DNA of 63,746 nucleotides, counting the filler, from Octopus bimaculoides (lineage: Eukaryota): assembly GCF_001194135.2 (NCBI RefSeq). It is 6 parts of 6 records of this genome, joined end to end, with 100 filler letters (N's around TTAATTAATTAA, not from the genome) between each part and the next. Parts side by side here need not be neighbours in the genome. Positions count along the whole stretch, not along the records: positions 11,463 to 23,747 come from NC_069008.1; positions 23,848 to 38,799 come from NC_068983.1; 4 more parts are not named here. One strand, given 5' to 3'. Positions 12,440 to 24,001 of the stretch are shown here, in pieces. The translations under genes were made by a program, and so were the position numbers. How positions within the stretch are numbered: position 1 is the stretch's first letter; each line of letters starts with the position of its first letter. The notes under the pieces were generated by a model. It saw nothing but the letters and a program-made list of their open reading frames with translations, did no database searches and was not told where the DNA came from.

Positions 12440-12570
12440 AAGGAATACTCGTTTTTACCAGCTGAGCGGATGGGAGCAACACGAAATGAAGTGTTTTGCT
12501 CAAGAGGAATTGAAACCGCAATCTTACAATCACGAGTTTGACGCCCTAACCACTAAACCATGCGCTGCCA
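12440..12570 (-). mobile_element. SINE family H (tRNA head + conserved central domain), fragment
   Basis: gagcaacacgaaatgaagtgttttgctcaag...ccctaaccactaaacc; similar to 19135-19440. Confidence 0.65.
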
Positions 12571-12971
12571 CACAAAAATGCTCTACCTGACTACAAAACA
12601 CAAGATGGTCATAGCTTGCACACCCACAATAACAGATGTGCTACATTGAGGCTGACTTGGTGCAAAAAATAACAACAAAAAACGGAAGGACGCATTATAT
12701 AATGTTGCCCCAGATAATGTACAAGTTGCCTATTACTAATCTAGTTCTATCACTAATCCAGGACAAATTTCAGCTGACCCAGTTTTAATTTCAAAATTTC
12801 CAGGTCACTACCTCAACCTGCTGTTAATGTTGAGTAGCGCTAGGTGAAGTTTCTGTATTTNNNNNNNNNNNNNNNNNNNNNNNNNNNNNNNNNNNNNNNN
12901 NNNNNNNNNNNNNNNNNNNNNNNNNNNTTCTTAAAATTTTATTTTATTATTTCATTTATTATTATAACCTA

Positions 12972-13275
12972 TAGGTACAGGTTTGGTGCCTCTGTGGTTA
13001 AGAAGTTTGTTTCCTAGCCACATGGTTCCAGGTTCAATCTCACAGCATGTCTTCTACTACTGTCTTTGGCCAACCAAAGCCTTTTGAGTGGATTTAGTAG
13101 ACGCAAACTGAAAGAAGTCTTGTGTGTGTGTGTCTTTGCATATGTGTTGCATTTGTTCCCTACCACTACTTGACAACTGGTGCTGGTTTGTTTACATCTC
13201 CACGACTTAACAATTCAGCAAAGGAAACTGATAAAGTACCAGGTTTTAAAAACAGCCAAGCACTGAGGTTGCTTT
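12972..13275 (+). mobile_element. SINE family A, degraded
   Basis: Head, gagtggatttagtagacgcaaactgaaagaag and gacaactggtgctgg tail motifs. Confidence 0.7.
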
Positions 13276-13551
13276 ATTCAGCTACAACCCTTCAAGTGAA
13301 AGTTAAAAGACACACACACACACACATACATATGTGCGTGTGTGCATTTGAAATTGAAACCCCCGTCTGATCTTAGCATTAAGTACTTCAGGCTGTTTTT
13401 ATTTTATGCTGGTAACACATACACACACTGAATCAATCATAAAATACTTCTGTAAGGACCTTGAAACAAAAGTCTCAGAAATGCGGAATCTAAGAACAAA
13501 TGCATCTGCAATTGTTGTTGTTTCGGAGATAATACCAAACGGCATTCTTAA

Positions 13552-14554
13552 TCCTTTAGCATCCAGATTATCCGGCCATATATAATGCCTATTTATTCAA
13601 ATTGTCTCGAATTAACCCTGCATTACCTTGCAGCTTCAAGATTTTGATGATGTGATTGTTCATTTTTAGAATAACTTTATAGGGTAGGTGTGAGAGGCTG
13701 GATCTAGCTGGTTTGAACATTGAATAGGTCAAATACAAGGGTGAGTCAAAAAAGTAATGCCATTTTGTTTAGGACAGGTATAATTACCAACACAGGAACC
13801 TGTATCATACATCAAAATGAAGCTGATCCTCTGTGGATCACATCCCTACTTCTCAACATAGTCACCATTTCTCTCAATAGCAATGTTCCACCTTAGAATG
13901 GGAGCATGTATCCCTGTCCCCGCAAAATTCCCTTGACTTATTTGAGATAATTACCAACACAGGAACATGTATCATACATCAAAATGAAGCTGGTCCTCTG
14001 TGGATCACATCCCTACTTCTCAACATAGTCNNNNNNNNNNNNNNNNNNNNNNNNNNNNNNNNNNNNNNNNNNNNNNNNNNNNNNNNNNNNNNNNNNNNNN
14101 NNNNNNNNNNNNNNNNNNNNNNNNNNNNNNNNNNNNNNNNNNNNNNNNNNNNNNNNNNNNNNNNNNNNNNNNNNNNNNNNNNNNNNNNNNNNNNNNNNNN
14201 NNNTCCTCATCACTGGAATAATGTTTGCCTCTCAAACCCTCTTTCGTGGCGCCAAAGAGATGATAGTCCAGTGACGAGGAAGTGAAAACTGTAGTGAAGA
14301 AGTGGCTCAAAGAACAGTCAACAGAATTTTACCTGGCTGGGATACATGCTCTCATTCGAAGGTGGAACATTGCTATTGAGAGAAATGGTGACTTTGTTGA
14401 GAAGTAGGGATGTGATCCACAGAGGACCAGCTTCATTTTGATGTATGATACATGTTCCTGTGTTGGTAATTATACCTGTCCTAAACAAAATGGCATTACT
14501 TTTTGACTCACCTTCGTATTTTGGCTGATTATGGTCAGTTTAAATGCTGGAGGG
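13552..14554. mobile_element. piggyBac-like MITE (TTAA-flanked), interrupted by a mariner insertion
   Basis: TTAA|tcctttagcat...atgctggaggg|TTAA ends. The internal sequence gatctagctggtttgaacat...aaTA|TAttttggctg matches the fragment at 20455-20550. Confidence 0.6.
13736..14516. mobile_element. Mariner-derived fold-back element made of two transposon right ends
   Basis: TA|CAAGGGTGAGTCAAAAAAGTAATGCC ... GGCATTACTTTTTGACTCACCTTCG|TA; inverted arms of ~180 bp. Plus strand encodes DEEVKTVVKKWLKEQSTEFYLAGIHALIRRWNIAIERNGDFVEK*; minus strand encodes LDYHLFGATKEGLRGKHYSSDE (mariner transposase C-terminus). Confidence 0.85.
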
Positions 14555-14880
14555 TTAAATATTATGGTCAAATACCAAGAAGATGAAAATATCAGAACTA
14601 CAAAATATTGTTCATATGTGCATGTATTATCCACTTCCTCAGGAAGACGCTATCAACCTGAGAATATCTGGTTTGTATAAATTCTTTCAAAATTGCAAAT
14701 ATTACAACTTTCTGTCAAAATTTTAATTCTCAGTATTTAGTTTTCTCCCTGCAGTAGACTATTGTGAATCATAAATAACACCAACATCCAACTTGCTGTT
14801 AAGTCAGATCCCTGGGTGGGATTTGGGACAGCTTATATAAAACCCAACAACAACAACAAAATAATAATAATAATAATAAT

Positions 14881-15072
14881 CTTTTCTACTAAAGGCACAA
14901 GGCTTGAAATTTAGAGGAAGGAAGTTAGTCAATTACATCGACCCCAGTGCATAACTGGTACTTAATTTATCAACCCCAAAAGGATGAAAGGCAAAGCTGA
15001 GCTTGATGGAATTTGAACTCAGAGCATAAAGACAGACAAAATGCAGCTAAGTGTGCTAACAACTCTTCTGGC
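14881..15072 (-). mobile_element. SINE family B
   Basis: cttttctactaaaggcacaagg...gaccccagtgcataactggtacttaatttatc...ggaatttgaactcaga. Confidence 0.85.
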
Positions 15073-15176
15073 TCATAATAATAAATAAAACCAAACAGAT
15101 AACGACTTGGAATGGAGGACTGAAAAGAAAAAGCAAAACAAAATCACTGAATATACAACCGACCAAAACATAGAAC

Positions 15177-15236
<60 letters not shown>

Positions 15237-15788
15237 TAAATTGCTTAATTAAGACATTATTTAGTCCAACACTAAAAGAAGAATGTAATTAAGAAATCAT
15301 ACACACATAGAAAAGAAGAAGAAAAAACACTTGTAAAAAGCTAGCCAATAACTGGTTTTCAACAGATGCAGTGCAATTGTGCCAGTGACCACGTTGCAAA
15401 AGTGTCATGAGTCTTTGAACATTTTATAGACCATAATATTATTAAGAAGTAAACGAGAGTGAATTTAACAGTTTTTGTGTGTTTCTGAATGCTTAACAGG
15501 AAACTACTACAACATGATTGTGATAAATTATCCCAGATCAAAGCCACTTGCCAAGCAAATTCCCCTCACATGCACACATTGATGTTTAACCTTCTAGAAA
15601 TAACACACAAATCTCTCCCTCAAATCACATCCTGCTGTCTTAGAGAAAACTACACTGAATAATATAGTCCAAAGGATGCACTGTGTCTGAATAAAAGGCA
15701 GGATGGTTGAAGTGGGAACAATTTTGATCACCAAGTATTAAAAACTCACCAAGTATTAGAAACATTAACAAAGCTGAATGCTTTAGAT

Positions 15789-16076
15789 CAGGGGTTTTCA
15801 AATTGTGGTCCGTGGACCACAGGGGGTCCGCAAGCACAAGATAGGGGGTCCGTGGACAGCAAATACTTTTTATGGGCAATTTGATTTTATATATGTTTTT
15901 TAATCGAAATCTTTTAATTGACAATAAACCTATTTGTTAAATACTGTTAAATAAATAAATGTAAAAATATATGTTATTTTAAGCAAATATTTATGTATAA
16001 ATTTCATAAGCGTTTATAAGGGTAAAGCCTGAAATATAAAGGGGTCCGCAAGTCAAAAAGTTTGAAAACCCCATAG
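15789..16076. mobile_element. hAT (Charlie-like) MITE
   Basis: TIR CAGGGGTTTTCAAA ... TTTGAAAACCCC; repeated subterminal GGGGTCCGC/GGGGTCCGT motifs; both flanks end in TAGAT (degenerate 8-bp TSD). Confidence 0.7.
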
Positions 16077-16619
16077 TCCTAGATTCATTAGGTTTGAATA
16101 AAAAGCATGGTTGGAATGCCTCAGATAACAGCTCTGCTATATAGGGTTGATCTGGGACTCAGCAACAACGCTATAACCCTTTGATGTCTTTGAAAAAAAA
16201 AACAAGGGAAGGGAACCGGTTATGAAATAGCTCTCGGCTAATTAACTTCTCCCAAATACAATGCAACAGAAATAAATGTAACAAACACGATGTGTGAAAA
16301 ATATATCGTTGCGTTTTTTTAAAAATAACTATTAAAATAGCACAAATATGTGTGTCAAGTTCATGAAATGAGGCCAGGTCAGACACATCCAAATGACAAG
16401 TGACAACAGTTGGGTGAAAAGGCTGACAGGACAGGATTAGAAGAGACCGACCACAACAGAAGCGGGGGGGGGGGTGATAATGAACAGGATGGAGGGATGA
16501 AGTGGTTAAATATGACGAAAATTAGGGGATCAGAAATGCCAGCAGTTCATCACATGGATGTTCCAATTTTTCATTGAGTGAACAGCAAACATAAACAAAC
16601 TCGTCCACCGGGGGATTCT

Positions 16620-16770
16620 TTCTTGGTTTCCATCTACCAAATCTACTAGCATGACTTTGGTTGACCCGGGGTTATAGAAAACACTTGCCTAAGGAATCTT
16701 GCAGTGCAACTGGACCTGAAACTATGTGATTGGGAAAGAAACTTCTTAACCACACAGCCGTGCTTGTTCC
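16620..16770 (-). mobile_element. SINE family A, 5' half, degraded
   Basis: tttccatctaccaaatctac...cttcttaaccacacagcc. Confidence 0.7.
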
Positions 16771-17043
16771 TTGTGTATGTATGTACGTGTGTGTTTATTT
16801 GCATAATATATATATATATATATTACGTTGCATGATGTTATATACACACACACATATATATATGCTGGTGTAAACAGGAAAAACAGAACTGAAAATATGA
16901 GTATATGTATATATTTGTATTAATATTTAGCAGAAGTAACAGAGTAACTCAAGGTCCGAGAGTTTCGTGCATTGAAACTTAGCAAACTTTGATGCGCATG
17001 AAACTCTCAGATCTTAAATCACTGTTACTTTTGTTAAATATTA

Positions 17044-17076
<33 letters not shown>

Positions 17077-17499
17077 ATCAAATAATGGTATCTACCATAT
17101 GTATTGGTAAGATAAAACATGTAATCGTTACCAAAATATCAAAAAATTCCACAAAGGTCTATAGTAAACTTCTTATGAAAACGATCTCCTTGGTTATATA
17201 TCGTCTTAAAATTTATATATGTGTATGTGTGTATCTTGTTATAAGTTCATGTGCATAAGATATGAGGCAGTTGAAATATGTCACAAACATATTTTAACTA
17301 ATATATATCTTGATATATGTTCATGTGCATAAGATATGTGTGTGTGTGTGAATATACATACATACATACATACAGATCTTACACACATAAACATATATGT
17401 ATATCCTGTTATATGTTCATGTGCAGAAGAGGTATGTATGTGTATATATCATTTAAGATACACAGTATTTGAATATGGGCCATAGAAACAATAATTCAG

Positions 17500-17980
17500 C
17501 AGATTTATATATCCAAACCTTGTGTCTCCAAGCAATATTGCAGTCTCAAATAAGACCAGCCCTGTGGATTTGAGCCAGGAGGATTGTTCAAAGACGGGAA
17601 ACATAAATGCTTTTTAAATCATCAGAACACCTGAATTTATCCAACAAGTTTCAAAAGTCCATTGATTACAATCCCAAAAAATCCATGAGGTCAGCTGCAA
17701 AAGATCTCCATGTGTTAGAAGGAACAGTCAGAAATGTTATCCACGAAGGCCTCAGAAATAAGTCCAAAATGAACCAAGACCACTTCATTTGAGCATTCAG
17801 ATGATTCAGATCTCATACAGAAGCAGATGTTGAAGCTGAAGGTGGCTTTATTGAATAACAGAAAAGAAGGTTTATTTTTATCCTCATAGCATTTTTTGAT
17901 AAATAAAGATATTATCTCTTTTTATATGCCTGTTTTTTTTTATAAGCATAAATTTCTCCACAGATATCTTACACACCCTG
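17500..17980 (+). mobile_element. Tc1/mariner-superfamily remnant with deleted transposase
   Basis: KKSMRSAAKDLHVLEGTVRNVIHEGL resembles a transposase HTH; VEAEGGFIE* resembles the C-terminus; right end ...CACCCTG|TA. Confidence 0.6.
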
Positions 17981-17989
17981 TATGTATAC

Positions 17990-18027
<38 letters not shown>

Positions 18028-18398
18028 NNNNNNNNNNNNNNNNNNNNNNNNNNNNNNNNNNNNNNNNNNNNNNNNNNNNNNNNNNNNNNNNNNNNNNNNN
18101 NNNNNNNNNNNNNNNNNNNNNNNNNNNNNNNNNNNNNNNNNNNNNNNNNNNNNNNNNNNNNNNNNNNNNNNNNNNNNNNNNNNNNNNNNNNNNNNNNNNN
18201 NNNNNNNNNNNNNNNNNNNNNNNNNNNNNNNNNNNNNNNNNNNNNNNNNNNNNNNNNNNNNNNNNNNNNNNNNNNNNNNNNNNNNNNNNNNNNNNNNNNN
18301 NNNNNNNNNNNNNNNNNNNNNNNNNNNNNNNNNNNNNNNNNNNNNNNNNNNNNNNNNNNNNNNNNNNNNNNNNNNNNNNNNNNNNNNNNNNNNNNNNN

Positions 18399-18435
<37 letters not shown>

Positions 18436-18716
18436 GGTGACTAAAACATGGTGAATGAGAACGAAAGCATATAGTCAGATAAAGACAACAGATACTATAT
18501 AAACTAGGAGATTATTACTGGATAGAGAAGACAGTTTTAAATGTAGACCAGAAGGATTATTTAGGGTGAATTTGAGTGTGTTTGGATTTGTGGGGGTATT
18601 GAGATCAATGAAGAAGATTCTGACACGGAATTAGAAAGAGAAGGAAGGTGGGGGAGTATGCAGAAAGCCATAGGGGTGACGCATCTATAAAAAGAAACAG
18701 ATTGGAAGTTAGCACA

Positions 18717-18764
<48 letters not shown>

Positions 18765-19035
18765 NNNNNNNNNNATATAATTAACAGGAAAGATAAGACA
18801 TCAGATGCTATATTTAGAAGATAAACATTCAGCTGTAAGAAATATCAAAGATATATCACATCACTGAAGACAGCAGGAACCTATAGAAACAACTGAAGAG
18901 GGCCTGTCTACATGGTTGCTTCATCTGCATGAAATAGCAACTAAATCTCCCTCAAATCTTACTAACATACACTCGGCAAAAACACATTCACTGGATAAGG
19001 TACATCCAAGATGCAATATTTTATCTTTTACTTAT

Positions 19036-19115
19036 TTCTGTTTCCATCTACCAAATCTACCTGCAAGGCTTTTTGGTCAGCCAGAGTCTCCAGTAGAAGA
19101 CACTTATCCAAGAGG
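19036..19115 (-). mobile_element. SINE family A fragment
   Basis: tttccatctaccaaatctacc...gtagaagacacttatccaag. Confidence 0.65.
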
Positions 19116-19134
19116 GAGATTTACCTACTGTTTC

Positions 19135-19440
19135 TGACTGGTACTCCATCAGTTACAATGAAGAGGGTTCCAGCTGATTCAGTCAATTAATGTGCAAATG
19201 GCTGAGCACTCCACAGACATGTGTACCCTTAACATAGTTCTCAGGGAGACTCAGCATGACACAGAATGTGACATGGCTGGCCCTTTGAAATACAGGTACT
19301 ACTTATTTTCTGCCAGTTGAGTGGACTGGAGCAACATGAAATAAAGTCTCTTGCTCAAAGACACAAAATGCTGCTGGGAATCGAACTCACGACCTTATGA
19401 TCATGAGCCAAATACACTAACCACTAAACCAGGCACCTTC
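19135..19440 (-). mobile_element. SINE family H, near full length
   Basis: Minus strand: gtggttagtgtatttggctcatgatcataaggtcgtgagttcgattccc (tRNA-like A/B boxes), then tctttgagcaagagactttatttcatgttgctccagtccac central domain. Confidence 0.75.
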
Positions 19441-19889
19441 GCTACTGTTTCTAACAAGTTGAGCAACCACATAGAGGTTCCCTCATTTGCTCGTGCTGTT
19501 GTTTTGCCAGAGGTCAGCCCTCGACAATCAAACCTATAGTTGAGGCTTTCCAATTGTGACCATCCCATCATGTGTGTGTGTCTTTATCCAACTTGGCTTT
19601 CATTATTCCTGGTTGCCAAATAGACAATTAACATCACAAGTTTATCCATTACTGATGCCTTTCCCAGAAAGACACACTCGTTAGCCTCAATCAACCTTGC
19701 ATTAATTAAACACCACTTCCCTCCTTATCTAATTTAATTACATACAAAAAAAAACCCACCACTCCTCACCTCAACCAACATAGCTACAACCAAAATACCA
19801 CTCCCCACCTCAATTAACCTTGAGCCAACGACCTGTAAGTGTACCACCCTAAATTTGAGGGTGCACCACTGAATAATCATTTTTTTTTT

Positions 19890-20070
19890 TTTATAGGGAC
19901 AAGGCCTGAAATTTGTTGGGAGGGGGGGGACTAGTCAATCACACTGACCCCAGTGTTTAACTCGTATTTCATTTATTGACCCCGAAAGGATGAAAGGCAA
20001 AGCCGACCTCAGCAGAATTTGAACTCAGAATGAAGAAGTGACCAACAAAATACCATTAAGTATATTATTC
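19890..20070 (-). mobile_element. SINE family B
   Basis: gaccccgaaaggatgaaaggcaaagccgacctcagcagaatttgaactcaga. Confidence 0.8.
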
Positions 20071-20094
20071 GAGCAAGGTNNNNNNNNNNATTAA

Positions 20095-20395
20095 GTATAT
20101 TATTCGAGCGAGGTTGTTGCCAGTGCCGCCAAACTGGCTCCTGTGCAGGTGGCACGTAAAATACACCATTCCGAGCGTGGCCGTTGCCAGTACTGCCTGT
20201 CTGGCCTTCGTGCCGGTGGCGCATAAAAAGCACCCACTACACTCTCGGAGTGGTTGGCGTTAGGAAGGGCATCCAGCTGTAGAAACTCTGCCAAATCAGA
20301 TTGGAGCTATCTGGTTCACCAGTCCTCAGTCAAATCGTCCAACCCATGCTAGCATGGAAAGCAGACGTTAAACGATGACGATGATGATGATGATA
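20095..20395 (+). mobile_element. Family C short retroposon (two internal ~65-bp units, RTE-like tail, (GAT)n end)
   Basis: ggaagggcatccagctgtagaaac...catgctagcatggaaagcagacgttaaacgatgacgatgatg; inverted homolog at 22351-22625. Confidence 0.7.
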
Positions 20396-20454
20396 TTGCC
20401 TGGCATGCTAACACGAAATTCGGTCTGTCCATCCAGGACCCTTGTATCTCTCAC

Positions 20455-20550
20455 TGTAGGGGTGAGAAGCCGGATCTGACCGGTTTGGACATACAACAGG
20501 CAGAATATTTGGGTTGGATATGGTCGGTTTAAGTGCTAAAGGGTCAGTTA
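20455..20550. mobile_element. Fragment of the piggyBac-like MITE family
   Basis: gtgagaagccggatctgaccggtttggacat...gtgctaaaggg resembles 13690-13735 plus 14519-14554. Confidence 0.5.
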
Positions 20551-20613
20551 ACTGAACCAACTACTCACCTACCATGGATTAAACGCTGCTATGACTTAAA
20601 TGTGCCAAGATGA

Positions 20614-20673
<60 letters not shown>

Positions 20674-21611
20674 NNNNNNNNNNNNNNNNNNNNNNNNNNN
20701 NNNNNNNNNNNNNNNNNNNNNNNNNNNNNNNNNNNNNNNNNNNNNNNNNNNNNNNNNNNNNNNNNNNNNNNNNNNNNNNNNNNNNNNNNNNNNNNNNNNN
20801 NNNNNNNNNNNNNNNNNNNNNNNNNNNNNNNNNNNNNNNNNNNNNNNNNNNNNNNNNNNNNNNNNNNNNNNNNNNNNNNNNNNNNNNNNNNNNNNNNNNN
20901 NNNNNNNNNNNNNNNNNNNNNNNNNNNNNNNNNNNNNNNNNNNNNNNNNNNNNNNNNNNNNNNNNNNNNNNNNNNNNNNNNNNNNNNNNNNNNNNNNNNN
21001 NNNNNNNNNNNNNNNNNNNNNNNNNNNNNNNNNNNNNNNNNNNNNNNNNNNNNNNNNNNNNNNNNNNNNNNNNNNNNNNNNNNNNNNNNNNNNNNNNNNN
21101 NNNNNNNNNNNNNNNNNNNNNNNNNNNNNNNNNNNNNNNNNNNNNNNNNNNNNNNNNNNNNNNNNNNNNNNNNNNNNNNNNNNNNNNNNNNNNNNNNNNN
21201 NNNNNNNNNNNNNNNNNNNNNNNNNNNNNNNNNNNNNNNNNNNNNNNNNNNNNNNNNNNNNNNNNNNNNNNNNNNNNNNNNNNNNNNNNNNNNNNNNNNN
21301 NNNNNNNNNNNNNNNNNNNNNNNNNNNNNNNNNNNNNNNNNNNNNNNNNNNNNNNNNNNNNNNNNNNNNNNNNNNNNNNNNNNNNNNNNNNNNNNNNNNN
21401 NNNNNNNNNNNNNNNNNNNNNNNNNNNNNNNNNNNNNNNNNNNNNNNNNNNNNNNNNNNNNNNNNNNNNNNNNNNNNNNNNNNNNNNNNNNNNNNNNNNN
21501 NNNNNNNNNNNNNNNNNNNNNNNNNNNNNNNNNNNNNNNNNNNNNNNNNNNNNNGAACAGAAATATATCATTATTTACATTTGACGGATATTTGTCCTCA
21601 TCTTGTTTGTT

Positions 21612-21657
21612 AACACAACGTTTCGGCTGATATACCCTCCAGCCTTTATCAGGTGTC
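21612..21657 (-). ncRNA. Minimal type-I hammerhead motif with full stem II but G8A core change
   Basis: GACAC-CUGAUAA-A-GGCUG(GAGGGUAUAU)CAGCC-GAAA-CG-UU-GUGUU. Confidence 0.6.
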
Positions 21658-21720
21658 TTGGGGAAATTTCGAACCTGGGTTCTCATTCCTAAGGTATTTT
21701 CCGATGTTATCATTATTATT

Positions 21721-21943
21721 TCTTTATTGCCCACAAGGGGCTAAACATAGAGGGGACAAACAAGGACAGACAAAGGGATTAAGTCGATTATTACATCGAC
21801 CCCAGTGAGTAACTGGTACTTAATTTATCGACCCCGAAAGGATGAAAGGCAAAGTCGACCTCAGCGGAATTTGAACTCAGAACGTAGCGGCAGACGAAAT
21901 TCCACTAAGCATTTCGCCCAGCGTGCAAACGTTTCTGCTAGCT
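21721..21943 (-). mobile_element. SINE B' (alternative tail) inserted in the (ATT)n tract of family E
   Basis: Tail tctttattgcccacaaggggctaaacatagagggg; flanking duplication ttatcattattatt at 21707-21720 and 21948-21961. Confidence 0.85.
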
Positions 21944-21950
21944 AACATTA

Positions 21951-21989
<39 letters not shown>

Positions 21990-22350
21990 TCACTGCTTGG
22001 AATCGAACTCAGAATCTTGGGATTAGTAGCCTGCGCTCTTAACCACTACGTCATATGCCCACGGGCATATGGCGTAGTCCAGATGAAATGTGTCAACATA
22101 TGCATGCATGATTAGTTAACATATTTGTTCCGACGCCCAAACACACTCTAACCCCCTACCAGCCTACTTCACTGCATAATTTCAAGTTGGTAATTTCGTT
22201 GTTGTTTTGACTTGCCAGTGCATAAAACATAATGACACTCACTTGCCAAACCTAGATTGTCATCACTGCTACCATAAACATTGCAAGCATACTTTCATTC
22301 ACCTACACACAACAGAGCTGTGCTTCAACCCTTCAGTGTTTCAAATGGCC

Positions 22351-22625
22351 ACATCATCATCGTTTAACGTCCGCTTTCCATGCTAGCATGGGTTGGACAA
22401 TTTGACTGCGGACTGGTGAAACCGGATGGCAACACCAGGCTCCAGTCTGATTTGACAGAGTTTCTACAGCTGGATGCCCTTACTAACGCCAACCACTCAG
22501 AGAGTGTAGTGGGTGCTTTTACGTGTCACCCGCACGAAAACGACCACGCTCGAAATGGTGTCTTTTATGTGCCACCCGCACAAGAGCCAGTCCAGGGGCA
22601 CTGGCAACGATCTCGCTCGAAAACC
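22351..22625 (-). mobile_element. Family C short retroposon
   Basis: Reverse complement of 20095-20395 (catcatcatcgtttaacgtccgctttccatgctagcatggg...). Confidence 0.75.
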
Positions 22626-22717
22626 CTACAAGGCCAGTCAGGCGGTACCACCTTCAAACTAGCCAGATCTGGCCTCTCATACCTACCCTATATTGTCATT
22701 CGAAAAATAAAAAACAG

Positions 22718-22945
22718 GTGTGGCAGAAATGTTAGCACGCCGGCTGAAAGGCTTAGCGGCATTTCATCTGTCTTTACGTTGTGAGTTCAAATTCCGCCAA
22801 GGTCGACTTTGCCTTTCATCCCCTCGGGGTTGATAAATTAAGTACCAGTTACGCACTGGAGTCGGTGTAATTGGCTTAATCCCTTTGTCTAACCTTGTCT
22901 GTCCCCTCTACGTTTAGCCCCTTGTGGGCAATAAAGAAATAAGAA
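22718..22945 (+). mobile_element. SINE B'
   Basis: tggcagaaatgttagcacgccgg...gagttcaaattccgcc...gccccttgtgggcaataaagaaataag. Confidence 0.85.
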
Positions 22946-23054
22946 ACGTTAGCACACCGGGCGAAATACTTAGTGGCGTTTCATCTGCAGCAACGTTCTG
23001 AGTCGATTAAATCACCACCAGTACTTTAGTCTTTCCTTTTACTTTTTAAGCCTG

Positions 23055-23320
23055 GCTCTTACTCCATCCGTTTCTTTTGCTGAACTGCTAAGTTGCAAGG
23101 GATGTAAACAAACCAACACTGGTTGTCAGACAGCGAGGAGAGTGGGGACAAATACACACAGACAAATACGATGGACCTCTTTCGGCTTCCACCAAATCCA
23201 TTCACAAGGCTTTGGCTGACCTGGGGCTACAGAAGACACAGGCCCAAGGTGCTACAGAGTGGGACTGAACCTGAAGCTATTAGGTTGAGAAGCTAACTGC
23301 TTACCGCATGGCCATGCCAT
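23055..23320 (-). mobile_element. SINE family A, degraded
   Basis: ccaaatccattcacaaggctttgg...gtgggactgaacc. Confidence 0.7.
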
Positions 23321-23532
23321 TTTTACAAACTTTATTGCACCCAATTAGTTTCCTTAACAAGTGGGGACTGAGCAAAGTAATAAACTCAATTAACAAACAG
23401 GTAGCTAATAAACTATATGGTAGGAGAATAAACAACCTTACAGACAATAAAATAAATCAAAAAAAAAAAGTTAAACTATATTACTAATATAATAAACATT
23501 ATGTTAATATTATTTAATAGTAATTTTATTTT

Positions 23533-23732
23533 AGGCACAGGGGTAGCTGTAGGGTTAAGAAGCTTGTTTCCCAACCATCTGGTCTTGGGTTCAATTTCAC
23601 TGCACAACACCTTGGGCATGTGACTTGACTTTGACTATAGCCCTGGGCCGACCAAAACCTTCGTCAGAGGGACTGAATCTTGAACCGTGTGGTTGGGAAG
23701 TAAATTTCTTACTGCACAACTACACCTATGCA
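23533..23732. mobile_element. SINE A head (+) joined to an inverted SINE A head (-)
   Basis: 23533-23662 matches the head in plus orientation; 23665-23732 matches it in minus orientation. Confidence 0.65.
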
Positions 23733-23912
23733 TACACGCACACACACNNNNNNNNNNNNNNNNNNNNNNNNNNNNNNNNNNNNNNNNNNNNTTAATTAAT
23801 TAANNNNNNNNNNNNNNNNNNNNNNNNNNNNNNNNNNNNNNNNNNNNTATATATATATATATACTCAACACATACACACATACACAAACATACACAGATT
23901 AATAACAATATA

Positions 23913-23919
<7 letters not shown>

Positions 23920-23949
<30 letters not shown>

Positions 23950-23968
23950 TTATCTATCTATCTATCTT

Positions 23969-24001
<33 letters not shown>

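Larger units (their letters stand above)
21555..22078 (-). mobile_element. Family E copy 2 (tRNA-Arg-like head + hammerhead tail), interrupted by SINE B'
   Basis: Colinear with 6702-6955 once 21721-21947 is removed. Confidence 0.8.

Noticed and set aside
13785-14030. ~85-bp direct duplication (13785-13865 vs 13946-14030); also 20055-20078 vs 20090-20112
   Set aside because: Both abut gaps and look like unmerged contig overlaps.
17232-17436. CRISPR array
   Set aside because: Only three degenerate units, unequal microsatellite-like spacers, no cas genes, animal context.
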